From assembly GCA_024653225.1 (NCBI GenBank), contig JANLGA010000003.1, positions 1 through 34,063 on the forward strand: 34,063 nucleotides of DNA, written 5' to 3'. This document shows positions 25,934-34,063 of this stretch, piece after piece (positions within the stretch are counted from its first letter, which is position 1; each line of letters starts with the position of its first letter). This DNA comes from Bacillota bacterium (lineage in GTDB: Bacteria; Bacillota; Sulfobacillia; JABLXB01). Under the pieces are notes generated by a model. The model saw only the letters and a list, made by a program, of their open reading frames with translations, made no database searches and was not told the origin of the DNA. A program made the translations under genes and the position numbers.

Positions 25934-28113
25934 ACCTGGAGCTCCCTTCCCTGGGTTTCTCGAAAAGACGCTTCCTCACCGCGGGATCGTCCACCGACGA
26001 GACGAATGCGCGGACGACGGCCGGGTCGAACTGAGTCCCGGCACACGTCGAATGCGTCGGCGACTGAGATCAGACGCGCCCCGAACGGAATGGAGTCGCC
26101 CCGGAGCCCCTTCGGATACCCGTTACCGTCGAACCTCTCGTGATGAGATTCGATCATCGGGGCGGCCGACCTGAGCCTCTCGACCGGCCGCACCATGTCC
26201 GCTCCCCAGACCGGGTGCATCTTCATTACATCCCACTCGTTGGTGTCCAGTGCTCCCCTCTTTGTCAGTATGTCGCGGCTGACCTCGATCTTGCCCACAT
26301 CGTGCAGGAACGCCGCGATCCTGAGCGTCTCCAGGGTGTCGAGGTCCACGCCCATGCGCGAGGAGATCCATTCCGTGTACCGCACGACCCTCTGGGTGTG
26401 CCAGTAAGTGTAGTGGTCCACGCTGTCCACTATCGCGAGCAGGACCTGGGCCGAACCAACGAGGCCCATGGGGTCGCCGCCCGGGCGGACGATGCTCGCG
26501 AAGGCGTTGAAGTAGCGGAGCGCACGGCCGGTGCCGGTCGTCTTGGCGAGGTTCTTGTCGAGGCTCGCCGACCTGTACAGGTCCTCCTTGTTCGTCGCGT
26601 CGTCGGGGAAGACGGCCATCCCCACCGCGACCGTGAGCTTTCCCCCGGGGAGCAGTTCGCGCCCGGGGAAGGGGTAGTTCTCGATTTCCTCGGCGATCCG
26701 GTGCAAGATCTGCCTGCCCGTATTCGCATCGGTGTTCGGCAGTATGAACCCGAAGTCGTCCCCGCCGTAGCGCGAGATCGTCCCGCGCTCGCCGATCACT
26801 TTGGAGGCTATCATCACCACGCTGCGAAGCGCTTCGTCGCCGTGCGTGTGCCCCATGGCGTCGTTGTAGAATTTGAAGTAGTTGATGTCGAGCAGCCCGA
26901 GCACCAGCGGCCTCAGGTGTTGGCGCGCCTCCTTCAATTCCGTCGCCAGTTGCTCGTGGAAATACCGGTAATTGTGCGCCCCCGTGACGGCGTCCGTGTA
27001 GCACATGGCGGTGAGAGCCGCCGACTTCGCGATGTGTTCTTCCAGGGACGCGGCCATCTCATTGAACGCCCTGGCGAACGAGGATACCTCGGCGGGGCCG
27101 TCTTCGCTCAGTTTCTCGAACGCCTTCTTCCGTCTGATCCTGGAGATGCCTTCCTCGAGTTGCTTGAACGGCCGAAGGGCTGCGGCCTGGAGAACATACG
27201 CCAGCACCGCCGTGACTAGGACCGTGCCCCAGGCGGTCTGCAGAGCGGTGCGCCGGACGTAGGATATTGTCGAGTTGTACGCCGTGCGGGTGGTGGAAGT
27301 GTGAATGTAGATGGTCTCCCGGCGCGAGGCGTCCTGGAAACCGGCCCTCGCGACGAGGAGGTCGGTCGGCGTCCTTGCGACGCTGAGTTCACCCGCGGCA
27401 CCCGGGTAGTCCGGAGGCCCGGCCGGAAACATCTCGCTGTAAGCGGGGGAGGCGATGAAGACGTCCCCGCAGGATATCGCGATTGGGCGGCCGACTATGT
27501 CCTCGATCCCCGCCAGCCACCGTTCGTCGAGGAGGCGACCGATGAGCAGGCAGCCATTCGGCGATCCCATTCCGCCGTCCTTCAGTATCGGCGCGCAGGC
27601 TGTCAGGTAGATGCGGTCGGAATGGCGCTGGACCCCGAACGTGCGCTCGCCGCGAAGAGCGGATGCCACCTGCTCGTCCGAAAGGGGGGAGACGTCCAGG
27701 GGCGCGGGAACGCTGTAGCTCGCCGCCATCCTGCCGTCCAGGCCGATCACCGCGACCGCGTCCACTCCGTAATTCTGGGGGAGCCACCTGGTCACGTTCT
27801 GCTCCATCCAGCGCGGGTTGTCCGCCGATATGGCGGCGTACATCTCGTCCCACTCCGCGTAGTCCCGGGCGTACTTGAGGAGCGCGGACGCCTGTTCCAG
27901 TAGCACGGCCTTGGCGCGCGAATTCGCCGAGCGGACCTCGTTGTCCTCGATTCTCAGGAGAACCCCTGTGACGACTTGATTGGTAACGAGGTAATAACTC
28001 AGCAGGGGCAAGAAGGCTGCCACCAGCAACAGTACAACTACCTTGGTGCTCAGCGAACGGAGCCGCGCCACACGGTGTCCCTCCAGTGATCGCCGGACCC
28101 TGGTCCGGGTCAT
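25783..28113 (-). CDS. Membrane sensor with CHASE4-HAMP-GGDEF(GGDDF)-HD-GYP architecture; the HD-GYP C-terminus is frameshifted, with the natural end apparently at 25923
   Basis: TM segment KVVVLLLVAAFLPLL. CHASE4-like YARDYAEWDEMYAAI...YGVDAVAVIGLDGR. A second TM and a HAMP domain. RYGGDDFGFIL is the GGDEF site. HDVGK and HHERFDGNGYPKGL mark HD-GYP. After ADAFD the conserved GTQFDPAVVRAF continues in another frame. Confidence 0.88.
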   Translation of the reverse strand: MTRTRVRRSLEGHRVARLRSLSTKVVVLLLVAAFLPLLSYYLVTNQVVTGVLLRIEDNEVRSANSRAKAVLLEQASALLKYARDYAEWDEMYAAISADNPRWMEQNVTRWLPQNYGVDAVAVIGLDGRMAASYSVPAPLDVSPLSDEQVASALRGERTFGVQRHSDRIYLTACAPILKDGGMGSPNGCLLIGRLLDERWLAGIEDIVGRPIAISCGDVFIASPAYSEMFPAGPPDYPGAAGELSVARTPTDLLVARAGFQDASRRETIYIHTSTTRTAYNSTISYVRRTALQTAWGTVLVTAVLAYVLQAAALRPFKQLEEGISRIRRKKAFEKLSEDGPAEVSSFARAFNEMAASLEEHIAKSAALTAMCYTDAVTGAHNYRYFHEQLATELKEARQHLRPLVLGLLDINYFKFYNDAMGHTHGDEALRSVVMIASKVIGERGTISRYGGDDFGFILPNTDANTGRQILHRIAEEIENYPFPGRELLPGGKLTVAVGMAVFPDDATNKEDLYRSASLDKNLAKTTGTGRALRYFNAFASIVRPGGDPMGLVGSAQVLLAIVDSVDHYTYWHTQRVVRYTEWISSRMGVDLDTLETLRIAAFLHDVGKIEVSRDILTKRGALDTNEWDVMKMHPVWGADMVRPVERLRSAAPMIESHHERFDGNGYPKGLRGDSIPFGARLISVADAFDVCRDSVRPGRRPRIRLVGGRSRGEEASFRETQGRELQVQPVICRHVSPVYPYSTRQSFSQMSSTRSPDSSLTRLHILLRRLRPPSAR

Positions 28114-28144
28114 TCCGACAACAGTCGTGTATGCCAAGAACGAC

Positions 28145-28528
28145 TCATCGCGTATCTTCGACTTCTGCTTCCGCGTTTCCCTGGTCGGGCATCGTGCGCA
28201 GCGCGTCTCCGGCCCGGGTGAGCGACTCTCCCACGCTTCCGCACGGAAGCTCGAGGACCCGGAATGAGCCCCGAACGCCGGGGACGAACCTCCACGGAGC
28301 CAGGGAACGCTCGACGCGAACGACCCTCCAATCACGTGAAATGAACACCGCGTCAATCGGGAAGCGCATGAAACAAGTATGTATGGCACGGCACGGCTCG
28401 AGAACGAGGCCGTGACCGGGCGGCATTTCCTTCTCGAACATGAGACCGCGGAGCCGCCGGATGAACGTCACCGCCAGAGTCGCCGACGAACACAGTTCCG
28501 TGTTCCTGGTGGTATTCACGATCCTCAT
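28145..28528 (-). CDS. DUF192 (COG1430) family protein
   Basis: RRLRGLMF...GHGLVLEPCRAIHTCFMRFPIDAVFI...FRVLELPCGS matches the DUF192 pattern. GGGAGAA RBS precedes ATG 28528. The stop lies 31 nt upstream of the sensor ATG at 28113. Confidence 0.8.
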   Translation of the reverse strand: MRIVNTTRNTELCSSATLAVTFIRRLRGLMFEKEMPPGHGLVLEPCRAIHTCFMRFPIDAVFISRDWRVVRVERSLAPWRFVPGVRGSFRVLELPCGSVGESLTRAGDALRTMPDQGNAEAEVEDTR

Positions 28529-28771
28529 CCGTGGTTCTCCCGAGACCCCCGGGGACATGCCGGAGGATTTGGATTACCCGGGCCGAATAACAGAATGACG
28601 ACCGCGGGCTGGTGCGGCCGTGTTACATGCCCGACACTTCATTCAATCGGAAGACACGAACGGTATGTTAATAGGTTAGATCTTGAATGTCCGCGGACAG
28701 ATTAATTGCAGACTAGCTAATTGTAGATACGCAACGGCGGTGTGAGGCCCGCGGCGACCCGGAGGTGTACC

Positions 28772-29875
28772 GTGTACGGCTTGTTTGCAGGGATCTCGGC
28801 GGTGACTTGGCGGCAGTTCGTAATGATAGCGGTCGGGGGACTGCTCATCTACCTCGCCATTGCGAGGGACTACGAGCCGGTGCTGCTCCTGCCCATCGGG
28901 TTCGGGGCAATACTCGGGAACATCCCGTTTTCCTCCGCCGTGGGACCCTCGGGGCCGCTGACGATCTTGTACAGGGCCGGTATCGCCAACGAGCTCTTCC
29001 CCGTGCTGATATTCATCGGGATCGGCGCGATGATTGATTTCGAACCGCTGCTCGAGAACCCGGCCATGATATTGTTCGGCGGAGCGGCCCAATTCGGGAT
29101 ATTCGCCACGGCGGTACTCGCGGCCATGCTCGGGTTCTCGCTCAAGGAGGCGGCGGCCATCGGCATCATCGGCTCCGCCGACGGTCCGACGACCATCCTC
29201 GTCGCGGCCCGGTTCGCTCCACGGCTGCTGGGTCCGCTCTCCGTCGCGGCCTATTCTTACATGTCGCTTGTGCCCGTGATTCAGCCGCCCGTCATCCGGT
29301 TGCTGACTACGCGGTCCGAGCGTTGTATAAGGATGCCGCACCCCGGGGGGGCGAAGACGCCTAAGATCGTGAAGATACTCTTCCCCATAGCCGTTACCCT
29401 GCTCGCCGGGGCGATTGCGCCGATGAGCGCCGCCCTCGTCGGTCTCCTCATGTTCGGCAATCTGCTTCGGGAGAGCGGCGTGGTCGAGCGTCTTTCCAGG
29501 TCCGCCCAAAACGAGCTGGCAAACGTCGTCACACTGTTCCTCGGGATCACGATCGGCGCGAGCATGGAGGCAAACACGTTTCTCAGCCCTAGAACCCTCT
29601 TGATACTGGCCATGGGCCTGGGAGCGTTCGTCTTCGACACCGCCGGAGGGATCCTGTTCGCCAAGTTCCTCAACTTGTTCCTTCGGCACAAGATCAATCC
29701 GATGATCGGAGCCGCGGGCATCTCGGCGTTCCCGATGTCCGGTCGGGTCGTCGCGAAGATGGCCCTCAGGGAGGACGTGACTAACCACATAATAATGCCC
29801 GCCATGGGCGCCAACGTCGCCGGCCAGATCGGTTCGGTGATCGCCGGCGCGCTGGTGCTCTCGCTGGTCAAGTGA
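28772..29875 (+). CDS. Sodium ion-translocating decarboxylase beta subunit (OadB/GcdB/MmdB family)
   Basis: YEPVLLLPIGFGAILGNIP, IGIIGSADGPTTI, MFGNLLRESGV and NPMIGAAGISAFPMSGRV. GGAGG at 28761-28765 precedes GTG 28772. The track start is GTG 28742. Confidence 0.92.
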   Translation: MYGLFAGISAVTWRQFVMIAVGGLLIYLAIARDYEPVLLLPIGFGAILGNIPFSSAVGPSGPLTILYRAGIANELFPVLIFIGIGAMIDFEPLLENPAMILFGGAAQFGIFATAVLAAMLGFSLKEAAAIGIIGSADGPTTILVAARFAPRLLGPLSVAAYSYMSLVPVIQPPVIRLLTTRSERCIRMPHPGGAKTPKIVKILFPIAVTLLAGAIAPMSAALVGLLMFGNLLRESGVVERLSRSAQNELANVVTLFLGITIGASMEANTFLSPRTLLILAMGLGAFVFDTAGGILFAKFLNLFLRHKINPMIGAAGISAFPMSGRVVAKMALREDVTNHIIMPAMGANVAGQIGSVIAGALVLSLVK

Positions 29876-29900
29876 AGGGGGTAATGGAACCACGGCGGCG

Positions 29901-30035
29901 TTGGAAGACCAGGCCCTGCGCGACTCGGTGATGCTCATGATCAAGGGGATGGCGGGGACCATCCTCACCATGTTGATCCTCACGGGGTTCACGACCCTGC
30001 TGAGGATATTCGGACGGGGACGGGACACGGGTTGA
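29901..30035 (+). CDS. Candidate small membrane peptide, OadG-like (low confidence)
   Basis: An unlisted short ORF encodes ...LRDSVMLMIKGMAGTILTMLILTGFTTLLRIFGRGRDTG, one hydrophobic helix with a GM motif as in decarboxylase gamma subunits. The start is ambiguous (TTG 29901, GTG 29928, ATG 29931) and there is no clear RBS. Confidence 0.3.
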   Translation: MEDQALRDSVMLMIKGMAGTILTMLILTGFTTLLRIFGRGRDTG

Positions 30036-30080
30036 CCGTCCGGCGATAGGACCCGTCCAAGGCGTCTCGACACCCCTCGG

Positions 30081-30086
30081 TATAAT
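30081..30086 (+). promoter_or_regulatory. Consensus -10 hexamer TATAAT upstream of the MCP gene
   Basis: TATAAT at 30081-30086 lies between the small ORF stop (30035) and the MCP start. No convincing -35 element at 17-bp spacing. Confidence 0.25.
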
Positions 30087-30146
30087 GGCCGGACGCAGTT
30101 TGTCCGATATTTAGGTGTGAGGATGGCAGCGCCGGGGGGTGTTGTG

Positions 30147-32018
30147 ATGAAGTTTCGGTTCGCATTCAAGTTGGGAGGGGCGATGGCGGCGCCCCTCATT
30201 CTAGTGCTCATCGTCGGATGGCTGGGAGTCTCGTCGCTTTCCAGGGTCCACGGCTACGTGCACCAGATAGCCTCCGACCAGATGAGGGTAGTTGACCTGA
30301 CCACCCAGATCCAGACCGAGACCGGGCTGTACCGGCAGTGGGAACTCCAGCACATCCTCAGCACCACCATCGGGGAGATGGACGACTACAAGACGAGGGC
30401 GGAATCCTCCGCGAAGTCCATCCGAAAGACGATGGACGAACTCCTCGGGGTCGCGTCCGGCGAGATCGCCGATGCAGCCGCCGGGCTGGCGAAGGCCTGG
30501 CAGGCGTACGAGGCGACACACGCCCCCCTCATTGAACTCAGCTTCACGGACCGCAAGAGCGAGGCCCTGAACTACCTCAGGGGCGAATCGCGCGAGGCCC
30601 TGTACGAGGTGGAGAAGAGTCTCCGGTCGCTGATTTCCCTCGCGCGAGACAAGTGCAAGGAGTGCGAGACGGAAGCGGCCAAGGTGTTCGGGGGTTCGCG
30701 CCGGCTCGTGGTAGTCGCCTCGATACTCGCCTTCCTCATCGGCGTTCTCTCCACGTTCATCCTCACCAGGGCGGTGGTCAGCCCGCTGACAGAGCTGGCC
30801 CGCGCCAGTAGGATGGTGGCTTCGGGGGACCTGACGCACGAGCTCAAGGTCAGGCGCACGAGGGACGAGTCGGAGGAGGTATCCAGGGCGTTCGCGGGGA
30901 TGGTGTCGAGCCTCAAGGAGCTCATCCACCAAGTGTCGGACGGGGAGGAGAAGGTATCGCACGCCAGCACCTTGGTCTCGACTGAGGCGGGGGGTGTATT
31001 GTCGGCGACCGAGCGGATCGCGCAGTCCGCCAGGACGGCGGCGTCCTCCGCCGCGGAGCAGCTCGGGGCGATGCAGAGCGCCACGAGGATAATGTACGAG
31101 CTTCAGAAGGCAATCGAGGATATTGCCGACGGCGCCCAGGAACAGAACGCGGCCGTCGCCGATACTCTGTCGGCGGTCAAGAGCATGAATTCGGCGATAC
31201 GAGAGATGGGGGACGCCGCCGGAGACGTCGCCTCCGCCGTGGAGCGCAGCAAGTCGGCTTCGGATACGGGCGTGGCCGCCGTCGAGCGGGCGCTCAGCGG
31301 CCTCGACGCGATAAAGCAGAGATCGCAGGACGCCACGGAGTCCATGCGCGAATTCGGAGGGTCCCTCGACAGGATCACCCAGATACTCCAGACGATCAGG
31401 GACATCGCCGACCAGACCAACTTGCTGGCACTCAACGCCGCCATCGAGGCGGCCAGGGCCGGTGAGCACGGTCGCGGGTTCGCGGTGGTCGCCGACGAGG
31501 TGAGGAGCCTGGCCGACAGGGCGGCCAAGTCAACGAAGGAGATAGGGGACCTGGTTCAGGAAGTCGAAGCACACGCGGCCGACGCCGAGCGGTGTGTTAG
31601 GAGCACTTTCGAGGAAGCGTCCAGCGGTAGGCAGCTGGGCGACGAGGTGGCCAAAGCGTTGAGCGAGGTTCTGTCCGTGGTCGCGGAAGCGGGGGACAAG
31701 ATCGAGGGCATCCTCCGGGGCATCAGGGCACTGGGCGAGCACGGTGACGCGGTCGGCCGCGCGTCGGAGAGGGTCGCGGCCGTCACGGAAAGGAACAGTG
31801 CGGCGACGGAGGAAATGAGCGCCGCGAGCAAGGAAGTCGTCGCCGCCGTGGACCAGGCGCGGGCACTCGCGGAGAGGAATTCGAGGGTGGTGGAGGAGGT
31901 ATCTTCGAGCGTGGCCCAGATGAAGGCGTCGGTGACGGGTCTCACCGCGGCGGCCGATTCGCTCGGGGAGATCGCCCGGAACCTGCGCGTCTCGGTGGGA
32001 AAGTTCAGGATAGCGTGA
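30147..32018 (+). CDS. Methyl-accepting chemotaxis protein (4-helix-bundle sensor, HAMP, MA domain)
   Basis: N-terminal TM, a second TM plus HAMP ([19 protein letters not shown]), and the signalling hairpin [34 protein letters not shown]. Alternative in-frame starts are GTG 30117 and ATG 30123. Confidence 0.93.
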   Translation: MKFRFAFKLGGAMAAPLILVLIVGWLGVSSLSRVHGYVHQIASDQMRVVDLTTQIQTETGLYRQWELQHILSTTIGEMDDYKTRAESSAKSIRKTMDELLGVASGEIADAAAGLAKAWQAYEATHAPLIELSFTDRKSEALNYLRGESREALYEVEKSLRSLISLARDKCKECETEAAKVFGGSRRLVVVASILAFLIGVLSTFILTRAVVSPLTELARASRMVASGDLTHELKVRRTRDESEEVSRAFAGMVSSLKELIHQVSDGEEKVSHASTLVSTEAGGVLSATERIAQSARTAASSAAEQLGAMQSATRIMYELQKAIEDIADGAQEQNAAVADTLSAVKSMNSAIREMGDAAGDVASAVERSKSASDTGVAAVERALSGLDAIKQRSQDATESMREFGGSLDRITQILQTIRDIADQTNLLALNAAIEAARAGEHGRGFAVVADEVRSLADRAAKSTKEIGDLVQEVEAHAADAERCVRSTFEEASSGRQLGDEVAKALSEVLSVVAEAGDKIEGILRGIRALGEHGDAVGRASERVAAVTERNSAATEEMSAASKEVVAAVDQARALAERNSRVVEEVSSSVAQMKASVTGLTAAADSLGEIARNLRVSVGKFRIA

Positions 32019-32034
32019 ATGGCGGCATCCCGCG

Positions 32035-32056
32035 GGGCCCCTCGTCAGAGGGGCCC
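32035..32056 (+). terminator. Hairpin after the MCP gene, overlapping the stop of the convergent membrane-protein gene
   Basis: GGGCCCCTC at 32035-32043 and GAGGGGCCC at 32048-32056 form a 9-bp stem with a GTCA loop, followed by TTCCGTTC. It lies 17 nt after the MCP stop. Confidence 0.45.
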
Positions 32057-32686
32057 TTCCGTTCGGGGATACCTCTTGAACACGTCCCTCAGCCGGGCGA
32101 GGGCGAAAACATTGCAGGCGTGCAACATCAGGAAGAGGCCTACACAGAGAAAGGCGACGGCCGCCGCGCCGGGCTCGACGGGAAGGCTCTCGACATCACC
32201 GCGCGACATGCCGCACAGGTCGAGAAGGCGTTTCAGGGCGGAATACTTGGGCAGCATGAGGGCGGAGACGGCTTCCTGGAAAGAGAACCCGTACAGTCTA
32301 GGCACGACCAAGATCCACCCGGTGAACCCGAGAGAGAACAAGAGCAAGGCGAACACGAGATTCGCCGAACGCCATGGGGTCGGGCCGTTCCAGTCGAACG
32401 CCAGCGAGAAGGTGCCGATGAAGAGGAAGTATGAAAGCGCCTCGGAGGCGTGGAACAGTGCGCCGATCAGGAACGCCGAGACGGCCACGTGGCGCAACCT
32501 GCGGCCGAATCCCCCATTGACAAGCGCGGTCGTGGCCGGGCAGAAGTATTTCGCCCACTTCAGGGGCCCGGGCAGGATGCGGCCGGCCAGGTAGAGCACG
32601 GCGCAGGACAGCGCGAGTAGCGCCGTCCTCGCCGACCCTCGGGCGCCTCCCCCAATGTCGAACCCCGATGCCCCGGCCGTGTCCAC
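32045..32686 (-). CDS. Hypothetical polytopic membrane protein
   Basis: 213-aa ORF with at least four hydrophobic segments (LLALSCAVLYLAG, VAVSAFLIGALF, LVFALLLFSLGFTGWILVV, AVAFLCVGLFLMLHA). No family recognised. The GTG start at 32686 is uncertain. Confidence 0.55.
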   Translation of the reverse strand: MDTAGASGFDIGGGARGSARTALLALSCAVLYLAGRILPGPLKWAKYFCPATTALVNGGFGRRLRHVAVSAFLIGALFHASEALSYFLFIGTFSLAFDWNGPTPWRSANLVFALLLFSLGFTGWILVVPRLYGFSFQEAVSALMLPKYSALKRLLDLCGMSRGDVESLPVEPGAAAVAFLCVGLFLMLHACNVFALARLRDVFKRYPRTEGPL

Positions 32687-32850
32687 GCAATCCGCCCCCG
32701 ATGAACAACGTATTCGCCGCAGCGCTTGCCCGTGCGGGCGGCATCGGCGGACCCGAACGCGGCGCGGTAACCCCCGGGTGGCGATCCCACGATATATGTG
32801 CGTAGGGGGGGGAGGCTTCCCCGCGCCGTGTGCGGCGGGGACTGCGTCTT

Positions 32851-34063
32851 ATGAAGTTGCGCAAGAGAAGCCTGATCATTACGGGAATATCGGTCGCCTG
32901 CCTTACCGTCGTTCTGCATTATTCAGCACAGGCCGTATTCTTGAAGAACTTGTCGAGGTTCGAGGATGTTGAGACCGACCGCAGCGTGACCACGGCACTG
33001 AACACTGTAAGCGATCACCTCAGGCACATGAAGGCGGTGGCGGCCCGGTGGGCGGCGGACAGCCGGACGCCCCGGTTCGCGCGGGACGGAGACATCGGCG
33101 GATTAGGGCCGGATCTCCGGGAATCCCTGCTGGATCTCGGCGCGGACTTCGTTCTCGCGTTGGATGATTCCGGCCGATTCTTGTACGGTGGCGCCCTGGA
33201 TCGGGAGACACCGGGCGGCGCCGGGCTTCCGGCCGGCATATTCGACCACCTATCCGCGGACAGCGTCCTGTTGAGGCCGCGCGAGCGGGACGGAGGCGCG
33301 TCGGGCTTTCTCAGCCTTGGGGACGTACCCCTCATGGTCGTCTCGGAGCCCATGCGCAGAGACGGGGACGAGCCGGAAGATGCGGGCTGGTTGGTCGTCG
33401 GGGCGTTTCTCGACGAACCCGTAACGAGACGACTGAGCGAATTCGCGCGCCTGTCTCTTACGGTGTTGCCCCTGTCACACCCGGAAGTCCGCGGAGCCTT
33501 ACTGGCCGAGCCACGGCCGCCGGGCGGGTACGTGCGTTTCGACCGGGGCGACTCGGGTTCCACATTCGCCTGCGCGCTCGTGACGGACCTCTACGGTCAG
33601 CCGTGTTTCGCCCTAGGCATCGAAACACCGAGCGCCGTTGCGCACGTCCGCAGGGCGCTTTTTCTCGTCAGCGCGGTAGTCTTCGCGGCGACCGGGGCGT
33701 TGGGATTGGTCATACTCCTGGTCGTCGAACGGACGATCTTCTCGCCGCTTGGTCGCCTGGTCAAAGGCGTCAAGGGAGTCGGAACCGTGGGAGACCTGTC
33801 ACTGAGGGTACCCGCGGATGCCAACGACGAGGTGTCGAACCTGGGGCGGGAGATAAACAGGATGCTGGACGCTCTCCAGTGGTCCGAGGCCGAGATGAAG
33901 AAGAGTGAGGCGATACTCCGTCGCATCAATGAGAGCGTGTTGGACCTCATCACCCAGGTGGACACGCAATGGGTCTGCCAATTCGCGAGCGCTTCGCACA
34001 AGACGGTTCTCGGCTACGAGGTTTCCGAGCTGGTCGGAAAGCCCATGCTGCAGCTCGTGCACC
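32851..34063 (+). CDS. Membrane sensor protein, CHASE4-like periplasmic domain, HAMP and PAS; 3' partial, running off the window
   Basis: Absent from the ORF track because it has no stop in the window. ATG 32851 gives MKLRKRSLIITGISVACLTVVL (TM). A periplasmic region is followed by a second TM (LFLVSAVVFAATGALGLVILLVV). HAMP is FSPLGRLVKGVKGV...NDEVSNLGREINRMLDAL and the PAS start is NESVLDLITQVD...GYEVSELVGKPMLQLVH. Confidence 0.85.
   Translation, partial: MKLRKRSLIITGISVACLTVVLHYSAQAVFLKNLSRFEDVETDRSVTTALNTVSDHLRHMKAVAARWAADSRTPRFARDGDIGGLGPDLRESLLDLGADFVLALDDSGRFLYGGALDRETPGGAGLPAGIFDHLSADSVLLRPRERDGGASGFLSLGDVPLMVVSEPMRRDGDEPEDAGWLVVGAFLDEPVTRRLSEFARLSLTVLPLSHPEVRGALLAEPRPPGGYVRFDRGDSGSTFACALVTDLYGQPCFALGIETPSAVAHVRRALFLVSAVVFAATGALGLVILLVVERTIFSPLGRLVKGVKGVGTVGDLSLRVPADANDEVSNLGREINRMLDALQWSEAEMKKSEAILRRINESVLDLITQVDTQWVCQFASASHKTVLGYEVSELVGKPMLQLVH

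Noticed and set aside
32655-32972. 105-aa plus-strand ORF in the intergenic region before the last sensor.
   Set aside because: The translation is Arg-rich and featureless. The overlapping frame from ATG 32851 gives a clean signal-anchor, CHASE4-like, HAMP and PAS protein.
1-34063. Scan for CRISPR arrays, tRNA or rRNA genes, transposases, integrases and defence-system genes.
   Set aside because: I saw no regularly spaced direct repeats, no tRNA-like cloverleaf segments in the intergenic regions, and no ORF with transposase, integrase or nuclease hallmark motifs. The only mobile-element-like signal is the inverted repeat at 1-145.

Overview
Visibly GC-rich DNA from what looks like an anaerobic, endospore-forming Firmicute; the spore inference rests on two tandem CotE homologues. 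Many long antisense ORFs in the track are GC-driven artefacts. Positions 281-19926 form one co-directional run of 21 genes with short or overlapping junctions. It contains two complete L-ascorbate-family PTS sets (EIIA/EIIB/EIIC) and a GlpA-like FAD dehydrogenase + FAD/NAD(P) oxidoreductase + DUF1667 trio. It also contains two Zn-dependent MDR dehydrogenases, a Gfo/Idh/MocA oxidoreductase, a degenerate and a canonical DeoC aldolase, and a small PH-like protein. The run is completed by a dehydratase/lyase-type glycyl radical enzyme (GRE) with its activase, a split transketolase, a SorC-family regulator and a CBS-less KpsF-type SIS isomerase. I read this as a candidate undescribed GRE-dependent sugar or polyol-phosphate catabolic locus. 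The GRE is interrupted by a 25-nt quasi-palindromic insertion whose exact removal restores the frame. Downstream lie two cotE paralogues (-), a MATE and an MFS exporter that converge and overlap, a PflX-type radical SAM gene head-to-head with a VanW gene, and a DUF192 gene. These are followed by a CHASE4-HAMP-GGDEF-HD-GYP sensor with an internal deletion/frameshift, an orphan Na+-decarboxylase beta subunit, an MCP, a membrane protein and a partial CHASE4-HAMP-PAS sensor. I saw no rRNA, tRNA, CRISPR array, transposase or integrase. All family calls are motif recognition by eye; no searches were run.
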